Shown piece by piece: positions 10,741 to 19,768 of a stretch of DNA of 64,000 nt. Location of the stretch: contig OY970280.1 of the NCBI GenBank assembly GCA_963715865.1, forward strand, positions 1,662,486 through 1,726,485, in the 5' to 3' direction. The DNA is from Candidatus Bathyarchaeota archaeon. Its GTDB lineage: Archaea; Thermoproteota; Bathyarchaeia; Bathyarchaeales; Bathycorpusculaceae. The position numbers were made by a program, and so were the translations under genes. Position 1 is the stretch's first letter. Each line of letters opens with the position of its first letter. Under the pieces are notes generated by a model. That model was given only the letters and a program-made list of their open reading frames with translations. It had not been told where the DNA came from and made no database searches.

Positions 10741-10797
10741 TAGAGCCTCGGGCGGGATTTGGACTCCAACCGCTGCCTTACCCAGCAAGGTGCTCTG
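10741..10797 (-). pseudogene. Degenerate tRNA fragment (3' two-thirds, tRNA-Thr(GGT)-like), possible integration scar
   Basis: Minus strand AGAGCACCTTGCTGGGTAAGGCAGCGGTTGGAGTCCAAATCCCGCCCGAGGCTCTA resembles D-arm end, anticodon arm, T-arm and acceptor 3' strand; 5' half missing and stems broken. Confidence 0.55.
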
Positions 10798-10851
10798 TTT
10801 TCAGTAAATTTTTCTTAGCAAAAATAATTTCTACCATTTGATATAATTCTG

Positions 10852-12501
10852 TTAGGTATGAATTGTTTTTGTTCTTTCTTCTTCTTGAAGCAAACGCCTT
10901 AAAACTTTGCCTGCTGAACTAATAGGCAATTCTTTTCTGAATTCCACTTCGCGGATTGCCTTGTAGGGTGCAACTTTACCGTTAACGAAAGCCAGGATTT
11001 CTTCTGCCGATGTAACTGCGCCTTCTTTGAGCGCTATGAAAGCCTTGGGGACCTCGCCTGCCACAGGGTCTGGTTTGCCGACGACTGCGCACAGCTTCAC
11101 GGCTGGATGCTCATAGAGTACATCTTCGATTTCGCGTGGGTAAACGCTGTAGTCCTTGTATTTTATAAGGTCTTTTTTGCGGTCGGTTATGTAAAAGTAG
11201 CCATCCTCGTCCATTCGTGCGATGTCGCCTGTGAGAAGCCACCCATCGCGAAAGACCAAAGCTGTTTCCTCAGGCTTACGCCAGTAACCCTTCATTACTT
11301 GTGGCCCTTTCACCGCCAGCTCGCCAGTTTCCCCTTGCTCCAGCGTTTTTTCGCCTGTAACTAAATCAACGATTCGTGCTTCGGTGTCGGGCAGTGGCAA
11401 ACCGATTGAGCCAACCTTTACCGTTTTCATTGTCCTGTCCACGGGAGTGCAATGTGTAACTGGTGAGGCTTCAGTTAAACCGTAGCCTTCGGCTAAAAAT
11501 CCGCCTGTAACTTCCATGAATCTTTTTTGGACTTGTGGTGGCAATGGTGAAGCGCCAGAAATGCATACGCGAATCGAGGTTAAGTCGTATTTGCCAAGTT
11601 CTGGGTAGGCTAGCAGTACCGAGTACATGGTTGGGACGCCGCAAAAAACCGTAACCCTATGTTTCTGGATGGCTTGTAAGGCTTTTGCTGGTTCGAATTT
11701 TGGCATCAGAACCATTTTTGCCCCTAGACTGATAGGCACTGTCATGCTTGTGGTCATGCCGTAAATATGGAACAGGGGCAGTGCTGTTAGGAATGTTTCT
11801 TTGACTGTTGTGCCTTTTATCCACGCCGCAAACATGAGCGCATTCGAAACCAAATTGGTATGGGTTAGCATTGCGCCTTTTGCTGTTCCGGTGGTGCCGC
11901 CCGTGTACTGCAAGACGGCTAAATCCTCATGCGGATTAATTTCGACCTTGATAGGCGTTTTTGGGGCTTCTTTTATTAGCTGCTGAAAAGTCCACACGTT
12001 TGGTTTGATTGAGGAACTGGCTTTTTTGGATGCTGGTTCGTCTAAGCTTGTAACTATCATGTTCTTTAGCTTAGTTTTAGTCCAAACATTATCTACGATG
12101 GCGTAAAGGGAATCTAAAGCAATTATGGTTCCGGCTTCTGAATCGCGTAGTTGATACTCAACTTCGCGCTCACGGTGCAAGGGGCTTATGGCTGTTGCGA
12201 CTGCACCTGCCTTGAGGATTCCGAAATAAGCGATTATGAACTGGGGAATGTTGGGCAGGAAAATTGCAATTTTATCGCCTTTTTTCACGCCTAACTTGAT
12301 GAGAGCATGGGCAAACTGGTTTGAAAGCGAATCCAACTGCGCATAAGTAATTTCTTTCCCATCATAAACTATGGCAACTTGCGCCGGGTAATTTTCAGCA
12401 GTTTTCTGCAGAATCCCGTGAAGAGGAACGGCAGGATACTTCATGTTTTTTGGCGCATCAGCAGGCCACGCATTGAACCAAGGCTTGCTCTTATTAACCA
12501 T
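10852..12501 (-). CDS. Long-chain fatty acid--CoA ligase (FadD-like)
   Basis: AMP-binding motif LQYTGGTTGTAKG, EGYGLTE, TGDIARMD, GKVLRR. Confidence 0.92.
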   Translation of the reverse strand: MVNKSKPWFNAWPADAPKNMKYPAVPLHGILQKTAENYPAQVAIVYDGKEITYAQLDSLSNQFAHALIKLGVKKGDKIAIFLPNIPQFIIAYFGILKAGAVATAISPLHREREVEYQLRDSEAGTIIALDSLYAIVDNVWTKTKLKNMIVTSLDEPASKKASSSIKPNVWTFQQLIKEAPKTPIKVEINPHEDLAVLQYTGGTTGTAKGAMLTHTNLVSNALMFAAWIKGTTVKETFLTALPLFHIYGMTTSMTVPISLGAKMVLMPKFEPAKALQAIQKHRVTVFCGVPTMYSVLLAYPELGKYDLTSIRVCISGASPLPPQVQKRFMEVTGGFLAEGYGLTEASPVTHCTPVDRTMKTVKVGSIGLPLPDTEARIVDLVTGEKTLEQGETGELAVKGPQVMKGYWRKPEETALVFRDGWLLTGDIARMDEDGYFYITDRKKDLIKYKDYSVYPREIEDVLYEHPAVKLCAVVGKPDPVAGEVPKAFIALKEGAVTSAEEILAFVNGKVAPYKAIREVEFRKELPISSAGKVLRRLLQEEERTKTIHT

Positions 12502-12549
12502 GAAACGTGACTTCCATCTGCCAAGTATACGAATAAGCTATTTAAAAAG

Positions 12550-12658
12550 TGGTGCCGGGGGCGGGATTCGAGCCCGCGACTTCTGGGTATAAGGCGCTTG
12601 CCCCTATGACTCTCCAGATTATGAGTCTGGCGCCCTAGCCAGGCTGGGCTACCCCGGC
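12550..12658 (-). tRNA. tRNA-Met(CAT) with encoded CCA and a 31-nt intron (12581-12611) at non-canonical position 45/46
   Basis: GCCGGGG acceptor, anticodon arm CCAGA-CTCATAA-TCTGG, T-arm GCGGG-CTCGAAT-CCCGC; bulge-helix-bulge with central helix CTGG/CCAG; splicing restores variable loop AGGTC. Confidence 0.92.
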
Positions 12659-12913
12659 AAATTGCCACTTTTTTCATGGCTGATGTCATGTTAGTTTGTT
12701 TTCCTTGATTTAAACTTTTAAAAGGTATGATTAAGATTTGCTTGTGGCGCATTCAACATGGCATTGCATGTTGAGTTAAGCTTGTTGGGAGGAAGGTAGG
12801 TTGCCGAGAGCATTAGTGTGTTCAAAACTGCTTAGAGTCAACATTAAATAAACAGGGTTTATAACATAAAATTTATTGGAGTGGAAAACGCAAGATAAGC
12901 GTGGTGAGTGTTA

Positions 12914-13504
12914 ATGTCTTCAGATGAGGATTACCCTGAATGGTTCAAGAAGAGACGAAGTAAAGACCCGTTTTTCGGTGATATGGATGACATGTTCCGT
13001 GAAATGGAAAAAATGATGGATGAGGAACTGAAAAGTTTCACGGAAAAGGTGCCCAAGGAATACATTAAGGAGCGCAAACTGCCTGATGGCAGCACAGTTA
13101 AGGAGCTGGGACCCTTCGTTTATGGTTACAGTATGAAAATTGGTCCTGACGGCAAGCCTGAAATCCAAGAGTTTGGAAACATCAAAAAAGGCCTCAAAGG
13201 TACACCGCAAGTTAAAGAAGAACGCGAGCCACTCGTTGACATTGTTGAAACAAACAGTGAAATCCATGTGGTCGTGGAGTTGCCAGGCGTAGAAAAAAGC
13301 GACATAAAACTTCACGGCACAGAAGACTCACTGACGATTTCGGTTGATACTCCTCAATCCAAATACTACAAGGAAGTTGCCCTGCCAGTAAAAGTGAAGG
13401 TTAAAGAAGCAAGCTCAAGCTACAAAAACGGCGTCTTAGAAGTGGTGCTTCCCAAGGCTGAGTCAGAAAACAAGCCTAAGGGAGAACAAATCGACATAGG
13501 CTAA
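12914..13504 (+). CDS. Archaeal small heat shock protein Hsp20
   Basis: GPFVYGYSM, EREPLVDI, ELPGVEK, YKNGVLEV. Confidence 0.92.
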   Translation: MSSDEDYPEWFKKRRSKDPFFGDMDDMFREMEKMMDEELKSFTEKVPKEYIKERKLPDGSTVKELGPFVYGYSMKIGPDGKPEIQEFGNIKKGLKGTPQVKEEREPLVDIVETNSEIHVVVELPGVEKSDIKLHGTEDSLTISVDTPQSKYYKEVALPVKVKVKEASSSYKNGVLEVVLPKAESENKPKGEQIDIG

Positions 13505-13553
13505 AAGCTAAAATTCCCAGTCCCTCCTAATCTTTCCAGTAGCGAGTGTATAA

Positions 13554-13964
13554 ATGAACGATAACTCAGAACTAGACACGTTAAACGCTATTTGTCGAGA
13601 AGCAAAAACAGCAGGCAAACTGTCAGGCAGCAACCTAACTGAACTCTACGAGCTTTTCGGATCAAGATTCACAAAAGCCCTCGATGCGCTGAAAGAGAAC
13701 AGGGTGAAAAAGTACATTTTCAAGCCGAGCGGAAGAACCGTTTGGATAGTTGTTGGAAGAGAGCGGGATTATCTCATAATGCCTGAAGCTGAATTTTGCA
13801 CTTGTGACGATTTTTACTTTCGAGTTTTAGACAGAAAAATCCATATGTGCTATCACCTGTTGACGCAGAAAATCGCGCAAAATCTAGGCTGGTTTGAAAC
13901 CATAGAAGAAAACGACGACAGCTATGAAATGTTGATGAATGAGTGGAAAAAAGCTACTCCTTAA
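13554..13964 (+). CDS. SWIM zinc-finger protein
   Basis: FCTCDDF...MCYHLL (CxC...CxH). Confidence 0.75.
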   Translation: MNDNSELDTLNAICREAKTAGKLSGSNLTELYELFGSRFTKALDALKENRVKKYIFKPSGRTVWIVVGRERDYLIMPEAEFCTCDDFYFRVLDRKIHMCYHLLTQKIAQNLGWFETIEENDDSYEMLMNEWKKATP

Positions 13965-14009
13965 ATATTAAGACGTTACAAGAATAAGTAAAATACAAGG
14001 AGAACCTCG

Positions 14010-14129
14010 ATGGATTTAGGCGCATACTTCGTAAGTTTACAATATGTCCTTATGGGTTCAGTGTTTATTTCTATAATCCTGATCTTCCTCTACGCGTATT
14101 ATGGTAAGGATGAAGAAATAAACCAGTAA
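14010..14129 (+). CDS. 39-aa single-TM membrane protein
   Basis: Manual ORF MDLGAYFVSLQYVLMGSVFISIILIFLYAYYGKDEEINQ with upstream AAGGAGA. Confidence 0.45.
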   Translation: MDLGAYFVSLQYVLMGSVFISIILIFLYAYYGKDEEINQ

Positions 14130-14137
14130 AAACCCCT

Positions 14138-14440
14138 TTAATTGCTAAACCTTCCTAATCTTCTATTTATAATCAAAAAGAGCACTATACTCAAAACGGC
14201 AAGAATTATTCCAATTAAGATAAGCCAATCGGCATTCGGTCCTGAACCAATAACAATTGGAATTGGGCCGATAAAAATAACAATCCCAACACTGCTTGAA
14301 GAGTTGGCTAAAACCACGGAAGCAACCACCAAAACCACTATGCCAATGAAAACTAAAGCTATTCCTAAAATCAAAAAACCAAGAAGTCTGCTGGAAACAG
14401 CGATACCCTCGTCCTCTGGTTCTTGGGAGCTTGTTGACAT
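14138..14440 (-). CDS. DUF131-like membrane protein
   Basis: GIVIFIGPIPIVIGS motif between two TM helices. Confidence 0.75.
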   Translation of the reverse strand: MSTSSQEPEDEGIAVSSRLLGFLILGIALVFIGIVVLVVASVVLANSSSSVGIVIFIGPIPIVIGSGPNADWLILIGIILAVLSIVLFLIINRRLGRFSN

Positions 14441-14446
14441 GCCAGT

Positions 14447-14707
14447 TTACCTCAACAACCAGTAATATATTACCATAGCAACCACTAGTGCTATGGTGAG
14501 CGCTAAAGCAAGCGCCAAAACAGCCTTAACCGATTTCTTATCTGTCCCGAAAATTATCGGAATAGGACCAATCATGATTACGCCTGCACCTTTCACCTTT
14601 CCTTTTCCAGCGCCACCTGCAGAGACTATGATAATCGCTATTACAATAATTATGATTCCAACAGCAACCAACGCTAAGCCAAGCGAGTAAAACACTGCAG
14701 GATCCAT
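14447..14707 (-). CDS. DUF131-like membrane protein, tandem paralog (start MDPAVFY)
   Basis: GAGVIMIGPIPIIFGTDK motif. Confidence 0.8.
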   Translation of the reverse strand: MDPAVFYSLGLALVAVGIIIIVIAIIIVSAGGAGKGKVKGAGVIMIGPIPIIFGTDKKSVKAVLALALALTIALVVAMVIYYWLLR

Positions 14708-14828
14708 GTTTTTTCCTCCAGCGCTCCAAGCTAAAAATGAAACAGCGCTTTTAATAAACATAGCAACACCTAGCCAGAAAATGCAAAAAATTAAAAGCGC
14801 CAGCATATCTTTATCGTGTCGGCGCAAA

Positions 14829-15983
14829 ATGACCACCCCAGACATAATTGAAAAAATTCTCGCGAAAAACCCAGAAGTTAGCCGAGAACAAATTCTCGAA
14901 AAATTGCGAGCTGAAAAATCCAGAACAGGCGGTCTACTCGGTGATGAAACGCTTCTGAGGTTAATTGCCGCTAAATACGGCGTTGAAGTGCAGCAAAACA
15001 CAATTCAAAACAACGGAAACTTATCGACAAGCCGTTTATTCGCTGGCTTAAACGATGTTACAGTAGCGGGTCGCTTAATTGCGGTTTTTCCAGCGCGAAC
15101 TTTCGAGGGAGAAAAATCTGGTAAATTCGCAACTTTAATGGTCGCAGATAACGATGGCATTCTGCGGGTGGTGCTGTGGAATGACAAGGCTGATTTGGTT
15201 GAAAAGGGCGAGATGAAAGTTGGACAGGCAGTTCGGCTGCTTCATGGGTACACGCGAGAGGATCATTATGGCAAAGTAGAGTTGCATCTTGGCGGCAAAA
15301 GCCAAATTGAAGTTGAGCCCCAAGAGAAAACAAGTGAATACTTAGCCTTCGATAAGTTTGCTACAAAAATAGGTTCTCTAAATAAAACGTCTGGGAATGT
15401 GCATCTTTCTGGCACTGTAAAAGCGGTTTTAGGCTTAACCAAGTTCACCCGAAGTGATCAAAGCGATGGAACAGTCATGCGATTCACTTTAGCGGATGAT
15501 TCTGGAGAAGTGACGGCGGTTGCTTGGAATGAAAAAGCCTTAGAGTTAGAAAAAACCCTCAAAGCGAACGCGTATTTGCAATTGGGTAACGCTAAAGTGA
15601 AAGAAGCCCAAAATGGCGGCATAGAAGTTCACGTTGACTTCACCAGTTTTGTTAATGTTCAAGCTGCCGCTTTGCAGTTGACGAAAATAGCAAGCTTAAC
15701 TGAGAACCAAAGCGCCAACGTTGAAGGCGTAGTTTCAACGGTTCCTGAAAGCAAAGAAGTAACCACAGCGAAAGGCGAAACCGTGAAGCTGACGGTTTTT
15801 GGGTTAAAAGACGACTCTGGCGCTGTTCAGGTTTCGGCTTGGCGGCAACATGCTGAAGCGCTTAATGGGTTAAAGGTTGGTGACAAGTTGCTTTTGGAAA
15901 ATGCTTATGTGAAAAAGGGGTTTGGGAATAAAATGGAGCTATCTACCCGAAGTGCAACGGTTGTCTCAGTTATGCCGCCTTGA
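14829..15983 (+). CDS. Replication protein A-like multi-OB-fold ssDNA-binding protein (start MTTPDII)
   Basis: Three OB repeats (ADNDGILRVVLWN, LADDSGEVTAVAWN, LKDDSGAVQVSAW). Confidence 0.85.
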   Translation: MTTPDIIEKILAKNPEVSREQILEKLRAEKSRTGGLLGDETLLRLIAAKYGVEVQQNTIQNNGNLSTSRLFAGLNDVTVAGRLIAVFPARTFEGEKSGKFATLMVADNDGILRVVLWNDKADLVEKGEMKVGQAVRLLHGYTREDHYGKVELHLGGKSQIEVEPQEKTSEYLAFDKFATKIGSLNKTSGNVHLSGTVKAVLGLTKFTRSDQSDGTVMRFTLADDSGEVTAVAWNEKALELEKTLKANAYLQLGNAKVKEAQNGGIEVHVDFTSFVNVQAAALQLTKIASLTENQSANVEGVVSTVPESKEVTTAKGETVKLTVFGLKDDSGAVQVSAWRQHAEALNGLKVGDKLLLENAYVKKGFGNKMELSTRSATVVSVMPP

Positions 15984-16995
15984 GTTTTGCCGCTATGGCG
16001 TTTGCCATGTCGCTGGTTGATGCTGAACCGCCTAAATCTGCCGTTCTCACCTTGCCTTCGTTTAGCACGCTTATCACTGCTTTTTCGATTTTAGCTGCGC
16101 CTGCTTTTTCGCCAAGGTAATCCAGCATCATTGAGCCTGCCATAATGGTGGCTATGGGATTAACCCTGTTCATACCCGTGTATTTGGGCGCTGAACCGTG
16201 GACAGGCTCAAACATGCCGTATGTTTCGCCGATGTTTGCTCCTGCCGCTAAGCCTAAACTTCCCGTAACCTGCGCCGCCTCATCCGAAAGTATGTCGCCG
16301 AAAAGGTTAGTTGTAACAATCACATCGTAGGCTTCGGGCTTTTTAATTAGTTGCATGGTTGCAGCATCAATGTGCAAGTCATCAACGGTCACGTCAGGAT
16401 ACTTTTGCTGGGCTTCTTTAACGGCGTCTTTGAAGATGCCATCGGTTATTCTTAGAATGTTGCCTTTGTGCACGTAGGTTAAGTGTTTTCTGCGCTGAGA
16501 AGCAAGCTTAAACGCGAAATTGGCTATTTTCAATGAAGCTTCCCTTGTGATTATTCTTAGGGCTATGCCGACGCCTGGAGCAAGGAGAGATTCTGCGCCC
16601 GAGTATAAGCCTTCTGTATTCTCGCGGACAACGACTAAGTCTATGTTTGGTTTTAAGGCTTCAACGCTTGGAAAGCTTCGGCATGGACGCACGTTTGCAT
16701 AGAGATTGAAAATTTTGCGGAGTGTCACGGCTACGCTTACTGGTGCACCTGGCTCTTCAGGCGTAGTCATTGGTCCTTTCAGGCAAGCGCTGGTTTGCTT
16801 TATCAGCTCTAGTGTTTCTTTGGGCAGGTTGGTGCCGTATTGGGCTATGCAGTGGTATCCTGCTTCGCCGTAAAGAAAGTTAAGTTTGAAATGTGATTTT
16901 TCTTGGATAGCTTGGAGGACTTTTACGGTTGCTTCTGTTACTTCTGGTCCGATGCCGTCGCCTTTAAGGACGGCTATGTTGTAAGTTTTAGTCAT
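15970..16995 (-). CDS. Isocitrate/isopropylmalate dehydrogenase family (LeuB-like)
   Basis: GDGIGPEV, VRENTEGLY, NLFGDILSD, EPVHGSAP, NPIA. Confidence 0.9.
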   Translation of the reverse strand: MTKTYNIAVLKGDGIGPEVTEATVKVLQAIQEKSHFKLNFLYGEAGYHCIAQYGTNLPKETLELIKQTSACLKGPMTTPEEPGAPVSVAVTLRKIFNLYANVRPCRSFPSVEALKPNIDLVVVRENTEGLYSGAESLLAPGVGIALRIITREASLKIANFAFKLASQRRKHLTYVHKGNILRITDGIFKDAVKEAQQKYPDVTVDDLHIDAATMQLIKKPEAYDVIVTTNLFGDILSDEAAQVTGSLGLAAGANIGETYGMFEPVHGSAPKYTGMNRVNPIATIMAGSMMLDYLGEKAGAAKIEKAVISVLNEGKVRTADLGGSASTSDMANAIAAKLKAA

Positions 16996-17082
16996 TTTGG
17001 TTGCCTTCTTGTTTCTGGTTTTGTAAATAGTGTTTTTGCTTATCAGCATTCCTGTTGACTTTTTCCTAAAAATGAAGTTTCA

Positions 17083-17553
17083 TTATGCTTTCGGCTTAGC
17101 AGTGTATTTTTCGCAGTATTCTTCGGCCGTTGGTAAAACTGCTTTTACGCGGTCAAAACGCTTCTGCCCGTTAATTTTCTCTTCAAGCATGATAAAGTCT
17201 TTTGGCTTGCTGAACCGTTCAACTTTGTCGTCCTCGCGTTTCCGCTCGATTTTCATGCAGTCATCAACCATGCAGCTTAACACGCAAGCGCCGCAGTAAA
17301 CGCACAAGTCCTCGGTGATTCCTACTTCGCCAGATTTCCAGTATAAAGCGTTGGTTGGGCAAACTTTGACGCATAACTTGCATTCCACACCAAGGCACGT
17401 GTGCTTGTTTATTTTGATACTTCCTTCCTTGAAAAGTTCTTTTACGCCTGTTGGCTCCAAAAGTTCTTGTCTGCGCTTCTTTTTTGCCTTCTCACCATTA
17501 TCGTCTGATAACAAGCCGAATATGTCGACGGTAGAAGCGCTTTTCGCTGGCAT
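17083..17553 (-). CDS. 4Fe-4S dicluster ferredoxin-like protein
   Basis: CLGVECKLCVKVCP and CVYCGACVLSC. Confidence 0.85.
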   Translation of the reverse strand: MPAKSASTVDIFGLLSDDNGEKAKKKRRQELLEPTGVKELFKEGSIKINKHTCLGVECKLCVKVCPTNALYWKSGEVGITEDLCVYCGACVLSCMVDDCMKIERKREDDKVERFSKPKDFIMLEEKINGQKRFDRVKAVLPTAEEYCEKYTAKPKA

Positions 17554-17593
17554 TTGGAACCACAACTGAACTAGGTTTATTCAAAAATAGGTT

Positions 17594-18951
17594 TTATGAA
17601 TTATAATTACTTATCCCTATAGTTTGGGACTTATTATCCATATTTTTGAAGCTTCCGAAGCGTTTAGGCTTCCTGTAGAAATGCATCGTAATTCCGTTGA
17701 ATGTAGCTTCATCATATTTTGTCCAGCCAGCCTTTCCTAAAGCACGAATCTCTTCAACTGTTGTTACAACGGTTTCCTCATAATCTTCCTCTTTGAACTC
17801 GATAGTATGCACATATTTCTGCGTGCTCTTCCACGACTTATGCCTCAGCAATCTTGCGATAACAACAGCATTCCCATTCGAATAGTACGCTATCATAGAG
17901 CCGCCCCAATGACGGAACGATTTAAAACTGATCTGTAGCAATGCAGGATTCTGGAATTTTGCGGCAGCCTTTACGACGAAGCGCTGCAAGGCATACATAA
18001 GCAGTCCGATAGGTCATTGGAAAAATCCGTTTGTTTTCCCTAGGCAAAGCATTCAACATGCAGGTCAAACGCATCGACAACTCGTATTTACCAGGGTAAT
18101 GGAACTTCACTGGATGATTAATACTGAACACATTATCCTTGAGGTCAATCCATTCAGCATCAAGAATCTCTGACGGATCAGCAAAAGTCTCTTTAAGGCA
18201 CAGCAGAAAAGTAGCCATACGCTTACTCGCAGCACTAATAAGCAAATCAAGGTCTTTCTCATCAGGCACAATGATAGTAGCTTCCCTCTGACGATACAGC
18301 GGACGCTGCCAAACAATCCCCTCCATCTGACAAAACGCATCATAAGCACACACCGCCAGCATTTTCATACTGTCACTCCAAGGCTCACCATTCTTCTTTT
18401 TCTGCTTAGCAATTACCATCTTCACATTTTCAGAGTCCAACAGGTCAGCGCCATCACCGACAAGATGCGTCAGAATATCAGGGTACGTTATATCTTCATC
18501 AAAACCATTACGCTCCAAGTACGCCATGAATTTTGTAATCAAGCCACGCACAGCTTCAGGTAACAGGTCCAGATGCTTCAGTTTTCTTCTTGTCTCCCGC
18601 AACAGTCTTTAATTCTGCTGCAGAGGTCAAATTTTTCGCTCCCAAAGCGCATATTTGGCGTTTAGAAGCTAAGGCACTGGACGTATTTAATGACCTTTCA
18701 GAACTTTCTTGTAACGGTGGTGACCCTTTAAGGGTCGGTCTCTCGCTAAAACGGAATCCGCAATCCCTGCAAAGCCAACGCTGAACACTAGATTTATCAC
18801 TCCTATAACGCAGGCCATCACGATAAACCTTCGTCACCTTAGGACTGCAACTGGGGCATAGGGGGCTGGCGCCATCACTAGCCAACTTGCCCAAACCAAC
18901 ACTGCCAAATACACGCTCTTGAGCAAGACCAACCATTCCCTCCCCAGCCAT
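17594..18951 (-). CDS. Tyrosine integrase with N-terminal IS1-like zinc ribbon, interrupted by two apparent +1 frameshifts (~18575 and ~17970)
   Basis: Three consecutive ORFs join as CPSC...QRWLCRDCGFRFS, core, then FKSFRHWGGS...LLRHKSWKSTQKY (H-x-x-R-like box, H, catalytic Y). Confidence 0.85.
17603..17616 (+). repeat. attL core ATAATTACTTATCC
   Basis: Identical to 57423-57436; lies inside the last codons of the integrase ORF. Confidence 0.75.
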
Positions 18952-19112
18952 CTTAACCCTCCGTAAATACGCGACCGTTCTCTTCAGCCAAATCCATCAA
19001 TTCTTTGCGTTTAGCAGCTTCCTTAAGGCGTCTATCACATGGTCCACAATAATTAACAAACCGAGAAACGACGTCACCGCATTCTCGGCAGTGATGATGC
19101 TCAGGGACGCCT

Positions 19113-19763
19113 TCAGCCAACAGTTTCACCTAACTCGCCTTTTGGACCTACAGAAGAATCCACGGTGACGGCGGCGCCTTCAGCGGCAGCTACTTCTTGA
19201 CCATCATAGGTGAAGCTGACAACTTCGAAAGTTCCAAACGAGCCCTTATGCTGAGGCCTATAATCCAGCAAACCCATCCGGACACCCGCATCTTCCAAAA
19301 TTTCTTTCAGCGTAGCCTCGATGCCTTCAGGCAGCCACTTAACATTATAGACAAGCCTAAACTTTGCACTCCATTGCAATAGTTTCGCTCTGCCTTTAAG
19401 AACCCGCTGCGACTGAATCACAACCGCCCGCTCATCAACCACGTACTGATCCGTACCCAAAGGAATCTTCTCAGGCTCCACACGCATCGTACCAGCAAGC
19501 AAACTCGAAAGCGAAACCCTATGAACCCTGTACTGCTTAGCCGTATTGATAAGCATGCTCTGCACGCATTCCTGAGGAATGTAAAGCTGGTTTTTGCCGT
19601 TGATCACTGCCATGTAAGCGCTGTTCTTTGCATCGTTCTCTGTACTATAGTTCTGCGTCTTCATTTTACTTTTACTTTTCAAACTTTCCGGATTCAACCG
19701 GTTCATTAGCAAGGGCGTTAAGCCCTTAATTTCAACATCTATTTTTTTAAAGTTTTGACTCAT
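19113..19763 (-). CDS. Virus-encoded RAMP/Cas7-like protein, candidate effector of the adjacent repeat array
   Basis: N-terminal IKGLTPLLM, YIPQECVQSML, WSAKFRL and glycine-rich C-terminal AGVRMGLLDYRPQHKGSFGTFEV, the pattern of RAMP/Cas7-group folds; no other cas genes nearby. Confidence 0.7.
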   Translation of the reverse strand: MSQNFKKIDVEIKGLTPLLMNRLNPESLKSKSKMKTQNYSTENDAKNSAYMAVINGKNQLYIPQECVQSMLINTAKQYRVHRVSLSSLLAGTMRVEPEKIPLGTDQYVVDERAVVIQSQRVLKGRAKLLQWSAKFRLVYNVKWLPEGIEATLKEILEDAGVRMGLLDYRPQHKGSFGTFEVVSFTYDGQEVAAAEGAAVTVDSSVGPKGELGETVG

Positions 19764-19768
19764 TTTTG

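Noticed and set aside
17603-17616. att core as a chromosomal dif site
   Set aside because: The ATAA...TTAT arms are separated by 4 bp rather than the 6-bp dif spacer; not enough support.
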